From Deltaproteobacteria bacterium (GTDB taxonomy: Bacteria; Desulfobacterota; RBG-13-43-22): 64,000 nucleotides of DNA. The translations under genes were made by a program, and so were the position numbers. Every line of letters begins with the position of its first letter. The stretch's first letter is position 1. The DNA lies in the NCBI GenBank assembly GCA_016219225.1, contig JACRBX010000202.1:741-64740 (forward strand), written 5' to 3'. Below, in pieces: positions 35,807 to 45,120 of the stretch. The notes below the pieces were generated by a model, which worked only from the letters and a program-made list of their open reading frames with translations, had not been told where the DNA came from and did not search any database.

Positions 35807-37012
35807 ATGGCAAGTGGAATCAAAGATAAGGTGGCCATTCTGGGCATGGGCTGTTCCCGCTTCGGGGAGCGTTGGGAAAGCGGTGCCGAGGATTTGATGG
35901 TTGAGGCCTTTACGGAATGTCTGGCCGATGCCGGTATAGAAAAGAAAGAGATCCAGGCGGCCTATTTGGGGACCCATTTTGACGAGGTCAACGTGGGCAA
36001 GGCGTCCTTGCCTTTGTCCCTGGCCTTGAAACTGCCCTTTGTCCCCGCCACCAGGGTTGAAAATTTTTGTGCCACGGCCACGGAGGCCTTGAGGGCCGCA
36101 TCCTATGCCGTGGCCGCCGGAGCCTATGATATTGTCCTGGCCCTGGGGGTGGAGAAGCTGAAGGACACGGGCTACGGCGGTCTGCCCGGCGGGGCCGGCC
36201 GGGGCGTTAATGCCCGCATGGAAGCGGCCAACATGACCGCCCCGGGGATGTTTGCCCAATTGGCCACGGCCTACAGCGCCAAGTGGGGTATCTCCATGGA
36301 GAAAATCAAGGATGCCATTACCCATGTGTCGGTGAAGAGCCATGCCAATGGGGCCATGAATCCCAAGGCCCATTTAAGGAATGTGATCACCGAAGAACAG
36401 GCCAAGAAGGCCCCCATGATCGCCTATCCCCTGGGACTTTTTGATTGCTGCGGGGTGAGCGACGGATCGGCGGCCGCCATAGTGACCACTCCGGAGATCG
36501 CCAGAAGTTTGAAGAGGAATCAGGATATCGTCTTTATCAAGGCCATTCAGGTGGTCTGCAGTTCCGGAGAGGAGGAGATGTTCACGAAATGGGACGGGTC
36601 CCATTTCGCCACCACCCGGCGGGCGGCCACCATGGCTTATAACGAAGCAGGAATAAAAGACCCCAGGCAGGAAATCAGCATGATGGAGGTCCATGATTGT
36701 TTCTCCATCACGGAAATGGTCACCATGGAAGACCTGCACATCTCCCCCAAGGGAGGGGCCTATGAAGATATTATGAGCGGGTTTTTCGATCTGAAGGGCC
36801 AGGTGCCCTGCCAGGTGGATGGCGGCTTGAAATGTTTCGGCCATCCCATTGGGGCCTCGGGACTCCGGATGGTCTATGCCATGTATGAACAATTGCTGGA
36901 CCGGGTTCCTGAAGAGCGGAAGGTTAAAAATGCCCGATTAGGCCTGACCCATAATTTGGGGGGCTTCCCCTGGAAAAACGTGGCGGCCATTTCGATTGTC
37001 GGAAGGGGGTGA
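35807..37012 (+). CDS. SCP-x/archaeal-type thiolase (Cys present in NFCATA)
   Basis: VAILGMGCSRFGE N-terminus, a GHPIGASGLRM motif and an AAGGAGG RBS. Starts 1 nt after the upstream stop. Confidence 0.85.
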   Translation: MASGIKDKVAILGMGCSRFGERWESGAEDLMVEAFTECLADAGIEKKEIQAAYLGTHFDEVNVGKASLPLSLALKLPFVPATRVENFCATATEALRAASYAVAAGAYDIVLALGVEKLKDTGYGGLPGGAGRGVNARMEAANMTAPGMFAQLATAYSAKWGISMEKIKDAITHVSVKSHANGAMNPKAHLRNVITEEQAKKAPMIAYPLGLFDCCGVSDGSAAAIVTTPEIARSLKRNQDIVFIKAIQVVCSSGEEEMFTKWDGSHFATTRRAATMAYNEAGIKDPRQEISMMEVHDCFSITEMVTMEDLHISPKGGAYEDIMSGFFDLKGQVPCQVDGGLKCFGHPIGASGLRMVYAMYEQLLDRVPEERKVKNARLGLTHNLGGFPWKNVAAISIVGRG

Positions 37013-37027
37013 GGAGGACTGATTAAA

Positions 37028-38167
37028 ATGGAAAGAGGACTGTTTCAGGAAGAACATTTAATTTTTCGCGAGGCCTTCAGAAAATTCCTGGATAAGGAAA
37101 TCGCCCCCTATTATGAACAATGGGAAGAAGACGGGATTGTTCCCAAAGCGGTTTGGCACAAGACCGGCGAAAACGGCTATCTCTGTCCCTGGGTGGCCGA
37201 AGAGTATGGAGGGGCCGGTGCCGGGTTGGAATATTCCATTATTATGGCCGAGGAAATGAGCCGAAGGGATTATGTCGGATTCGCCCACTCCCTGCACAGC
37301 AATGTTATTGTACCCTATATTGATACCTACGGCAATGAGGATCAAAAAAGAAGATGGCTGCCAGGCTGTGTCAGCGGTGAGATCATCACGGCCATTGCCA
37401 TGACCGAGCCTAATGCCGGGTCCGATCTGGCGGCCATCCGAACAACGGCCAAAAGAGACGGAGAGGACTATATCCTCAACGGCCAAAAGACCTTCATTTC
37501 CAATGGCCTCAATTCAAACCTGGTTATTGTGGCCGCCAAGACCGATCCGGCGGCCGGTTACAAGGGGATCAGTCTTATTGGTGTCGAAGAGGGCGCCTCC
37601 GGTTTTTCCAGGGGGAGAAAACTGAATAAAATGGGTATGCACAGCCAGGATACGGCCGAGCTGATTTTCGAGGAGTGCCGCGTCCCGGTGGCGAACCTTT
37701 TAGGGGAAGAAGGCAAAGGGTTCCGCTATCTGATGGAAAAACTGCAGCGGGAGAGGCTTTTCTCGGTAACCGGATCTCAGGCCATGGCCGAGGCCATGCT
37801 GGCCCTGACCATTCAGTATTGTAAAGAGCGGGAGATTTTCGGCAAACCGGTCGGGTCGTTCCAGCACAACACCTTCAAGCTGGTCGAAATGGCCACGGAG
37901 ATCGAACTGGGCCGAACCTTTGTTGATGCCTTGATCAAGGAACACATCGCCGGTATCGACATTACCAAAAAGGTTTGCATGGCCAAGTCCTGGGTGGCCG
38001 AGATGGCCAACCGGGTGGCCTACAACTGCCTCCAACTCTTTGGTGGATACGGTTATATGGAGGAATATCCCATCTGCCGCTTTGCCAGGGATGTGCGGGT
38101 CCAAACCATTTATGCCGGTTCTACGGAGGTGATGAAATCGGTGGTGGGGAAGATGCTGGGGTTTTAA
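37028..38167 (+). CDS. Acyl-CoA dehydrogenase
   Basis: ACAD domains with a REIFGKPVGSFQ motif. GAGGAGG RBS. Confidence 0.9.
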   Translation: MERGLFQEEHLIFREAFRKFLDKEIAPYYEQWEEDGIVPKAVWHKTGENGYLCPWVAEEYGGAGAGLEYSIIMAEEMSRRDYVGFAHSLHSNVIVPYIDTYGNEDQKRRWLPGCVSGEIITAIAMTEPNAGSDLAAIRTTAKRDGEDYILNGQKTFISNGLNSNLVIVAAKTDPAAGYKGISLIGVEEGASGFSRGRKLNKMGMHSQDTAELIFEECRVPVANLLGEEGKGFRYLMEKLQRERLFSVTGSQAMAEAMLALTIQYCKEREIFGKPVGSFQHNTFKLVEMATEIELGRTFVDALIKEHIAGIDITKKVCMAKSWVAEMANRVAYNCLQLFGGYGYMEEYPICRFARDVRVQTIYAGSTEVMKSVVGKMLGF

Positions 38168-38195
38168 AGAAAAAACGGTTCAAGGTCCGGTAAAT

Positions 38196-38263
38196 CAGTT
38201 CGGAGTTAAGAGTTCGGAGTAAAACCATTTTCATGTTTCGTGGTGTCCAAATGGGCATGAACG
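38196..38263. repeat. Family C (cagttcggagttaagagttcggag) followed by an inverted family E hairpin unit (ttttcatgtttcgtggtgtccaaatgggcatgaacg)
   Basis: The same C plus inverted-E arrangement recurs at 45041..45117 and 50548..50590. Confidence 0.7.
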
Positions 38264-38374
38264 CTTACTGCGGAAAGAAAAAGCAGAGGAGAGGCACGAG
38301 GCGAGGGGAAACAAGGAGTGGGGGAGTACCCTCTTAATGAGCTTCTTGCAAATGTCTAAGCTCGGAAAAAATAG

Positions 38375-38393
38375 GTCAGGCATCCTGCCTGAC
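38375..38393. promoter_or_regulatory. Second copy of the palindrome GTCAGGCA-N3-TGCCTGAC within the duplicated junction element upstream of the SBP gene
   Basis: See 31803..31821. The flanks share atgtctaa and aaaaATGgg. Confidence 0.45.
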
Positions 38394-38432
38394 TAAAGAT
38401 CATTAAAAATGGGAAAGACAAGGAGAGGGATC

Positions 38433-39575
38433 ATGAAAAGAACAGCAGCAATTATTTTTATGTTAACCATGTTTTTCATCTTCCAGGGGCCGGTATTTGC
38501 TCAGGAGATCAACATCGGTTATACCGGTCCGCTGACCGGGCGGGCAGCGGCCATTGGAATTGACGCCTTACATGGTGCACTGATCGCCGCTAAGGAAATC
38601 AACGACGCCGGCGGGGTGGAGGTGGCCGGGAAGAAGTATAAGGTGAATATCCAGAGCTATGATGATGAAGGGGTGGCCGCCAAGGCCGTAGCCGGGATGC
38701 AACGCCTGAAAGATAAATATGAGGTTCCTGTTATTATTCAAAATATCAGTGGATCCGTTATGGCCATGCTGGAAAGAAATGAAAAGATGGGTGTCCTGCT
38801 GATCGGTTTTTTCAAAATTCCTGAGGCGACCAAGAAGGGAAACAAACTGGTCCTTCGGCATCAACAGACCATTGATGAAGATGCCATAGGGCTGGCCCGG
38901 GAGGCCGTGAAAATTTTAAAGGCCAAAAGTTATGCCATGATCTCCGATACGGGTGATTATGGGAAATCCTCAGTCAAGGCCTACCAGGGGGCCTTTGAAA
39001 AGCTGGGGGTCAAAATGGCTGCCAACGAGTGGCTGGACCAGCGTACTCAGACCGATTTCCGGGGGCAACTGACCAAGATCAAGGCCGCCAACCCGGACGT
39101 GATCTTGCTTACGGCTTATGACGAGGCCTCGGCCGGGGTGATCAAACAGGCCCATGAATTGGGGATCAAGACGCCTTTTGTCGTTTCCACGGGCTTTGCG
39201 GCTGCGGGTGAGAAACTCACCGGTCCTGATTTGATCGAAGGATTTTTAAGACGGGTCGAGTATACTAATATGATTCCTCCACCTGCTGCGGTGGCCCGTT
39301 ATCGGACCCAATTGTACCCGGCCATGGGCTATAAGGAACCGGCAGCCGGCTTTGGTGTGAATTGCTACGCCAGTGTCCACATCATCCTCCAGGCCATGCA
39401 AAAGGCAGGAACGACTACGGACGCCCTTAAGATCCGGCAGGCTGTTCCATTGGTGTTGCCCCTTGATGATAAACATAATACGACCGGTCTGAAAACCTTC
39501 AAGGAAGATGGTGAAGGGGCGATTACCGCCAAGATCGGGAGGTATCAGAAGGGGAAACTGGTGCCGGTTAATTAG
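38433..39575 (+). CDS. ABC transporter substrate-binding protein, LivK/type-I PBP family (paralog of the orphan SBP at 11922)
   Basis: Signal peptide followed by QEINIGYTGPLTGRAAAIG. AAGGAGAGGG RBS before ATG 38433. An in-frame ATG at 38409 lies inside the duplicated element. Confidence 0.85.
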   Translation: MKRTAAIIFMLTMFFIFQGPVFAQEINIGYTGPLTGRAAAIGIDALHGALIAAKEINDAGGVEVAGKKYKVNIQSYDDEGVAAKAVAGMQRLKDKYEVPVIIQNISGSVMAMLERNEKMGVLLIGFFKIPEATKKGNKLVLRHQQTIDEDAIGLAREAVKILKAKSYAMISDTGDYGKSSVKAYQGAFEKLGVKMAANEWLDQRTQTDFRGQLTKIKAANPDVILLTAYDEASAGVIKQAHELGIKTPFVVSTGFAAAGEKLTGPDLIEGFLRRVEYTNMIPPPAAVARYRTQLYPAMGYKEPAAGFGVNCYASVHIILQAMQKAGTTTDALKIRQAVPLVLPLDDKHNTTGLKTFKEDGEGAITAKIGRYQKGKLVPVN

Positions 39576-39645
39576 AGAAAAAAAGTTTCAAGTTTCAAGA
39601 TGCAAGTCAAGACACCATTTTCAAACTGGTATAGGGGTATGAGCG

Positions 39646-40506
39646 ATGGCTGAATTTCTGCAGTATATGGTCAACGGTTTGATTGCCGGCAGCGCTTATG
39701 GTCTTCTGGCCCTGGCCATGACCCTGATCTATGGGATTCTCGCAATCCCCAATTTTGCCCTGGGGGCCATCTATGCGATGGGGGCCTTTATCTCCTTTTA
39801 TGTCATCCAGTGGATGGGACCGGGGTACTATCTGGGGAGCCTCCTGCCGGTGGTGATACTGGCCGGATTGATCGGGGTGATCAGCGAAAGGGTTGTTTTC
39901 CGGCCCCTCCATAATGCCCCCCATGCCGCCGGGTTTATCGGGGCCTTGGGGCTTTACTCCATTCTGGAGGGGGGCTGGAATGTCTGGTTCGGCCCGGATT
40001 GGCGGAGTATCGCCTCTCCGTATAATGACATCATCATCCGGTTGGGTCCGGTCTCCCTGACCCTGCAGCGGTTGATCCTTTTCGGGGTCTGCCTGCTGTT
40101 CGCCCTGGGGACCTACCTGCTGGTTTTTCGGACCCTGACCGGCAAACAGATCCGGGCCTTTTCTGAAAACAAGGATGTAGCCCGGCTGCTGGGGGTCAAT
40201 ACCAACCGCATGTCCTATCTGACTTTTATTATCGGTTACGGCCTGACCGGGATAGGCGGGGCGCTGGTGGCGCCCACGGCCCTGGTGGGATCGAGCATGG
40301 GATTGACGCCGATCATCAAGTCCTTCATCGTGGTGGCCCTGGGGGGACTGGGCAGCGTCACCGGGGCCATAATAGGGGGGCTTATTTTGGGGCTGGGGGA
40401 GAATTTCGGGGCCGCCTATATCAGCTCCATGTATAAGGATCTTTTTTCCTTTGCCCTTTTCCTGGGGGTGCTGCTTTGGATGCCCCAGGGGTTATACCGG
40501 CGATAA
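39646..40506 (+). CDS. ABC transporter permease, LivH-like
   Basis: Polytopic protein with a C-terminal LGLGENFGAAY signature. Confidence 0.9.
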   Translation: MAEFLQYMVNGLIAGSAYGLLALAMTLIYGILAIPNFALGAIYAMGAFISFYVIQWMGPGYYLGSLLPVVILAGLIGVISERVVFRPLHNAPHAAGFIGALGLYSILEGGWNVWFGPDWRSIASPYNDIIIRLGPVSLTLQRLILFGVCLLFALGTYLLVFRTLTGKQIRAFSENKDVARLLGVNTNRMSYLTFIIGYGLTGIGGALVAPTALVGSSMGLTPIIKSFIVVALGGLGSVTGAIIGGLILGLGENFGAAYISSMYKDLFSFALFLGVLLWMPQGLYRR

Positions 40507-40544
40507 CTGAACCGGCCCTTTGGGGGCGACACGAAGAATGAAAA

Positions 40545-40669
40545 AATCGAATATCGAATAATGAATATCGAATGTCGAATGTCGAAGGAAGGCAAAGACC
40601 AATCACTTCATTATTCACAATTTCGAATTAAGCCCTCATGCCCCAGGGGCGCCACGGAGCATGAAAATG
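40545..40669. repeat. Family D unit (aatcgaatatcgaataatgaatatcgaatgtcgaatgtcgaagg), a partial inverted copy (cttcattattcacaatttcgaatt), then a family E hairpin unit (agccctcatgccccaggggcgccacggagcatgaaaatg)
   Basis: Seen directly. Overlaps the first 9 codons of the track ORF starting at 40661, which argues for the later start at 40760. Confidence 0.75.
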
Positions 40670-40759
40670 ACCCGTAAGGGCGGGTTTAAAACCCGCTCCT
40701 ACAGAGCTTCTTTGGAAGTGGGTTTTTTAAATTCCGCAATCCGAAATGGGAAGAGATCT

Positions 40760-41710
40760 ATGCGCAAATTGATTTATCTGTTATTGGGACTTCTGGTAAT
40801 TCTGTTACCGTTTCTGATCCGGTCGAATTACTGGATGTACATGTTCACCCTGGTGGGCATTTACATCATCCTGGTGGCCAGCCTGGATTTGATCTATGGT
40901 TACAGCGGACTGGTCTCTCTGGGCCACGGGGCCTTTTTCGGCCTGGGGGCCTATGCCTGCGGTATTCTGCAGGTCAAATTGGGGCTATCCTTTTTACCGG
41001 CCCTGATTTTGGGAACCCTGTTTACCTGTTTTTCTTCGGCGATCATGGGCTGGCCCATGTTGCGGATCAAGGGGCCTTATTTTGCCCTGGGCACGCTGGC
41101 CCTGGGACTCATGGTGACTATTGTCATTCATAACTGGGACAGTCTGACCGGGGGGGTGAGCCTGTCGGGGATTCCGCTCCCACCGGAGATCCATCTTATG
41201 GGCTGGACCGTGGATTTTTCCTCGAAGCGGACCTATTATTATCTGGTCCTGCTTTTTGTGTTCCTGACCATTTTTCTGATCCGTCGCCTGACCCGTTCCC
41301 GTCCGGGCCGGGCCTTTCAATCCATCCGGGAAAACGAGGACCTGGCCGAAGCGCTGGGGGTGCACATCCTGCGTTACAAGCTCATTGTTTACGTCATCGC
41401 CAGCACCATGGCGGCTTTTGCCGGAGGGCTCTATGCCTGTTACATGGGTTCCATCGAGCCGGAGATCGCCGGGGGGCACATGTCGTTCAATCTGCTGGTC
41501 ATGATCGTCGTGGGCGGGGCGCGGACTGTGACCGGAGAGATCGTCGGACCGTTGCTGCTCTGGTTTCTGCCTGAATTTCTGGAAGCGGCCCAGGTTTACC
41601 GGCCGTTGTTTTATGGATTGATTTTGCTGATCGTCATTCTTTTAATGCCCATGGGGATTGCCGGAAAGCTGCGATCCCTGCATCCGAGGATAGCCCAATG
41701 GATACCGTGA
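40760..41710 (+). CDS. ABC transporter permease, LivM-like
   Basis: Hydrophobic protein. Start moved to ATG 40760 (MRKLIYLLL) with a GGGAAGAG RBS. The upstream extension is repeat-derived. Confidence 0.85.
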   Translation: MRKLIYLLLGLLVILLPFLIRSNYWMYMFTLVGIYIILVASLDLIYGYSGLVSLGHGAFFGLGAYACGILQVKLGLSFLPALILGTLFTCFSSAIMGWPMLRIKGPYFALGTLALGLMVTIVIHNWDSLTGGVSLSGIPLPPEIHLMGWTVDFSSKRTYYYLVLLFVFLTIFLIRRLTRSRPGRAFQSIRENEDLAEALGVHILRYKLIVYVIASTMAAFAGGLYACYMGSIEPEIAGGHMSFNLLVMIVVGGARTVTGEIVGPLLLWFLPEFLEAAQVYRPLFYGLILLIVILLMPMGIAGKLRSLHPRIAQWIP

Positions 41711-42507
41711 GACCTGAAAATGGAGCCCCCTATCTGAAGGGGGATAAGATATCCGTATCATTTGGAAGGCTGGTGGCTGTTTATGATCTGGAGTTCCAGA
41801 TACAGACCGGGGAGATCTTCGGCCTTATCGGCCCCAACGGGGCAGGGAAGACGACGGTCTTTAATGCCGTTACCGGCTCGGTTCCCTTAAGCAGCGGGAA
41901 GATCCGTTTTGACGGCCGGGATATCAGCGGCTTGAAGCCCCATCAGATCACCGAACAGGGGATTGTGCGGGTTTTTCAAGCGGCGACGATTTTTCCGGGG
42001 TTACCGGTCCGGGACCACGTAATGACCGGTCTCCACTGCCGGACCGCGACTTCGGTTTTTGGGGCCCTCTGGCGAAGCCCCTTCAGCCGGAAAGAGGAGG
42101 ATCAGAGCCGGCAGCGGGTGGAGGCCCTGCTGAATTTTACCCATCTGGCCGAGTTTCAGGAGCAGCCGGCTGCCAATCTGACCTGGGCCCAGCAGAAGCG
42201 CTTAATGCTGGCTACGGCCCTGGCCAGCAACCCGAGACTGATTTTATTAGACGAGCCGGTAGCCGGCATGAACGCCGACGAGATCCAGGAAATGATCGAT
42301 TTGATCGCAACGGTGAGAAAAGATGGGATTACCGTTTTTATCATCGACCATAATATGAGGGTCATGATGGGGATCTGTGACCGCCTTTTAGTCATGAATT
42401 ACGGACAGAAACTGACCGAAGGGGTTCCGGCAGAAGTGTCCCGGGACCCCCGGGTCATCGAAGCCTATCTGGGGTATAAAAAAGATGATACAACTGAAAA
42501 ACATTGA
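41698..42507 (+). CDS. ABC transporter ATP-binding protein, LivG-like
   Basis: GPNGAGKTT and an LLDEP signature. Confidence 0.9.
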   Translation: MDTVRPENGAPYLKGDKISVSFGRLVAVYDLEFQIQTGEIFGLIGPNGAGKTTVFNAVTGSVPLSSGKIRFDGRDISGLKPHQITEQGIVRVFQAATIFPGLPVRDHVMTGLHCRTATSVFGALWRSPFSRKEEDQSRQRVEALLNFTHLAEFQEQPAANLTWAQQKRLMLATALASNPRLILLDEPVAGMNADEIQEMIDLIATVRKDGITVFIIDHNMRVMMGICDRLLVMNYGQKLTEGVPAEVSRDPRVIEAYLGYKKDDTTEKH

Positions 42508-43189
42508 ACTTTTTTATGGTAAGTCGCAGGCCTTGCACGGGGTATCCCTTTCGGTTGGTCCCGGTGAAATCGTGGCCCTGATCGGGGCCAACGGGGCCGG
42601 GAAAACGACGGTGCTGAAGGCCATATCGGGGTTGATTCCCTGGACCTCGGGGGAGATCCTCTTTCAGGGCAAATCGCTGAAAGGTTTGACGCCGGAGACG
42701 ATAGCCCAAAAGGGGATTTCCCATGTCCCGGAAAGGGGGGGCATCTTCGGTAAGATGACTGTTCTGGAAAACCTGGAATTAGGGACTGTAGCACAGAAGA
42801 ACCGGCAAGACCTGAAAGAAAGATTTGAAAAGGTCTTCCGGCTTTTTCCGATATTGGAGCAGAGAAAAGGCCAATTAGGCGGGCAACTGAGCGGAGGGGA
42901 GAGGCAGATGCTGGCCATCGGGCGGGCCATGATGAGCAATCCGGCCTTGTACCTTCTGGACGAGCCGACCCTGGGCTTAAGTCCCCGCATGGTCGGAGAG
43001 ATCGCCGCTATCGTCCAGGAGATCAGCCAGCAGGGGGGGACTATTCTTCTGGTGGAGCAAAATGCCCTGATGGCCCTGGAACTGGCCGGGCGGGGCTATG
43101 TCCTGGAAATCGGCCGCATCTTTCATGAAGGACCCAGCCGGGAATTGATGGAGGATGAGCAGGTCAAAAAGGCCTATCTGGGGATTTGA
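42485..43189 (+). CDS. ABC transporter ATP-binding protein, LivF-like
   Basis: GANGAGKTT and an LSGGERQMLAIGRAM signature. Confidence 0.9.
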   Translation: MIQLKNIELFYGKSQALHGVSLSVGPGEIVALIGANGAGKTTVLKAISGLIPWTSGEILFQGKSLKGLTPETIAQKGISHVPERGGIFGKMTVLENLELGTVAQKNRQDLKERFEKVFRLFPILEQRKGQLGGQLSGGERQMLAIGRAMMSNPALYLLDEPTLGLSPRMVGEIAAIVQEISQQGGTILLVEQNALMALELAGRGYVLEIGRIFHEGPSRELMEDEQVKKAYLGI

Positions 43190-43191
43190 AA

Positions 43192-43220
43192 GCGGTCAGC
43201 GATCAGCGATCAGCTTTCAG
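43192..43220. repeat. Family F repeat (gcggtcagcgatcagcgatcagctttcag)
   Basis: Related copy (tgagcaatcagcaatcagctttcag) at 62081..62105. Confidence 0.7.
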
Positions 43221-43297
43221 GAAACCTCTGGAAAATGTAATAATTTTGTGCTTTGAAAAATTTGAGCCCTAATCTGAAAATTCGGACTTTCTTACAC

Positions 43298-43375
43298 GTC
43301 ATTCCCGTGGAAACGGGAATCCAGGTGTTATGCTGAGACGAAAAGAACCTGGATTCCGGTTTTGACCGGAATGAC
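43298..43375. repeat. REP/BIME-like inverted pair (gtcATTCCCGTggaaACGGGAATccagg, a 22-nt spacer, then cctggATTCCGGttttgaCCGGAATgac)
   Basis: Homologous to 9402, 28647 and 63886. Confidence 0.85.
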
Positions 43376-43447
43376 GGAGAGGTTATTCCCCGCATTCGTT
43401 CGAGAGGGACTTTTAAAGGTCCATCCGCCTTGAAGGATTGAAATTAA

Positions 43448-45034
43448 ATGGAGCTTACCGAAAAACAGAGATTTGAAATAGAGATGTCCAGACAATTGCT
43501 GCTGGGGGAGATGCTGGCCCGTAATGCCCGAAAATTTCCTGACCTGGAAGGAGTGATTTTTAAAGATAAAAGGATACACTATCGGGCCTTGGATGAACGG
43601 GTCAACCGGCTGGCTAATGCCCTTCTGTCACTGGGGATCGGAAAAGGGGATTCCATCGGACTGCTTATGGAGAACAGGCAGGAAATGCTGGAGATATTTT
43701 TTGCAGTGGCTAAAATAGGGGCCGTCAACGTCCCCATAAATATCCGGCTGGCTCCACAGGAAATAGCCTATATCTTGAGTAATGCCGAGGTGAGGCTCCT
43801 CTTTTTGGGAGAGCATTTCGTCCGGACCATCGAAACCATTAAAGGCACTCTCCCCTTAATTGCAGAGTACATCATAACGGATTCGAAAGGGGAGGGAGGG
43901 TATAAATTTTATGAAGAGGTTTTGTCAAAAGGCTCGGTTATTCAACCGGAAGCCCGGCTCCAGGACGACGAGGACGTTTTTCTGATTTATACCGCCGGGA
44001 CTACAGGAAAACCCAAAGGGGCCATATTGACCCACAAAAATTTGATTACCAACGCTATGACCATCAGTATAGAGACAGCCCTGGCGCTTCCTCGAAAAAA
44101 CGATATGCCTTTTATAGCGCCGAAAGTAATGTCCGTTACCCCATTTTTTCATATCGCCGGTGTGGTCAGCATCATCAAGACCATGCAGGCCTTGACGCCC
44201 ATGGTTGTTTTGGATTTTGATCCCGTGGAGTTATTAAAAGCCGTTGAAAGGGAAAGGATTACCTTCCTGTTTCTTGTTCCGGCCATGTGGCTTATGGTGA
44301 TGAATCATCCGGACTTCAAAAAATATGATGTCAGTTCCCTGCGAACGGCCGCCTATGGAGCGGATGTGACGACGAATGCCCTTAAGGAACGGATTCTGGA
44401 ATCATTCCCCAATGCCTCCTTGTATGAAGCCTTCGGACAGACCGAGATGTCGGCCACCACGGTTTACATGAAACACCAGGATGCCCTGCGCAAGGAGGGA
44501 TCTGTGGGGCTGCCTCTATTCAATGTTGAGGTCCGGATAGTGAATGAGGCTATGGAAGATGTCTCGGTTAACGAAGTCGGCGAGATTGTTTATCGGGGAC
44601 CCGGCCTGATGAAGGGCTATTACAAGAACACGGAAGAAACCCGGAAGGCCTTCGAGGGAGGCTGGTTCCACAGTGGCGATCTGGTGCGACGGGATGAGGA
44701 AGGTTTCGTCTATGTGGTGGATCGCAAGAAGGACATGATCGTCAGCGGGGGTGAGAATATTTATTCGGCGGAAGTCGAGTCCGTCCTCCTGACCTGCCCC
44801 AAGATCAAAGAAGCCGCCGTCGTCGGTATTCCGGACCCAAAATGGGGAGAGGCGGTCAAGGCCTGTGTGGTCCTTGAACCGGGCCGGGAAGCAACGGCCG
44901 ATGAAATTATCCAATTTTGTCTTAACAAGATGGCCCGGTTTAAGCGGCCGAAGATCGTCGAATTCCTCCCAGCCCTGCCCCGCAGTGCCACAGGGAAGAT
45001 ACTCAAGCGAGATTTGCGTGCCCATCCAGAATAG
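43448..45034 (+). CDS. AMP-dependent acyl-CoA synthetase/ligase
   Basis: YTAGTTGKPKGA motif and a GWFHSGD motif. Confidence 0.9.
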   Translation: MELTEKQRFEIEMSRQLLLGEMLARNARKFPDLEGVIFKDKRIHYRALDERVNRLANALLSLGIGKGDSIGLLMENRQEMLEIFFAVAKIGAVNVPINIRLAPQEIAYILSNAEVRLLFLGEHFVRTIETIKGTLPLIAEYIITDSKGEGGYKFYEEVLSKGSVIQPEARLQDDEDVFLIYTAGTTGKPKGAILTHKNLITNAMTISIETALALPRKNDMPFIAPKVMSVTPFFHIAGVVSIIKTMQALTPMVVLDFDPVELLKAVERERITFLFLVPAMWLMVMNHPDFKKYDVSSLRTAAYGADVTTNALKERILESFPNASLYEAFGQTEMSATTVYMKHQDALRKEGSVGLPLFNVEVRIVNEAMEDVSVNEVGEIVYRGPGLMKGYYKNTEETRKAFEGGWFHSGDLVRRDEEGFVYVVDRKKDMIVSGGENIYSAEVESVLLTCPKIKEAAVVGIPDPKWGEAVKACVVLEPGREATADEIIQFCLNKMARFKRPKIVEFLPALPRSATGKILKRDLRAHPE

Positions 45035-45040
45035 GGTTAT

Positions 45041-45117
45041 GAGTTCGGAGTTCGGAGTTCTGAGTTCGAAGAAACCCATTTTCTTGTTTCTTAGAGCCCC
45101 ACGGGGCATAAAGGTTT
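45041..45117. repeat. Family C tandem repeat plus an inverted family E-like hairpin unit (ttagagccccacggggcataaagg)
   Basis: gagttcggagttcggagttctgagttcgaag followed by a GC hairpin ending in the GTG start of the next gene. Confidence 0.7.
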
Positions 45118-45120
45118 AAC

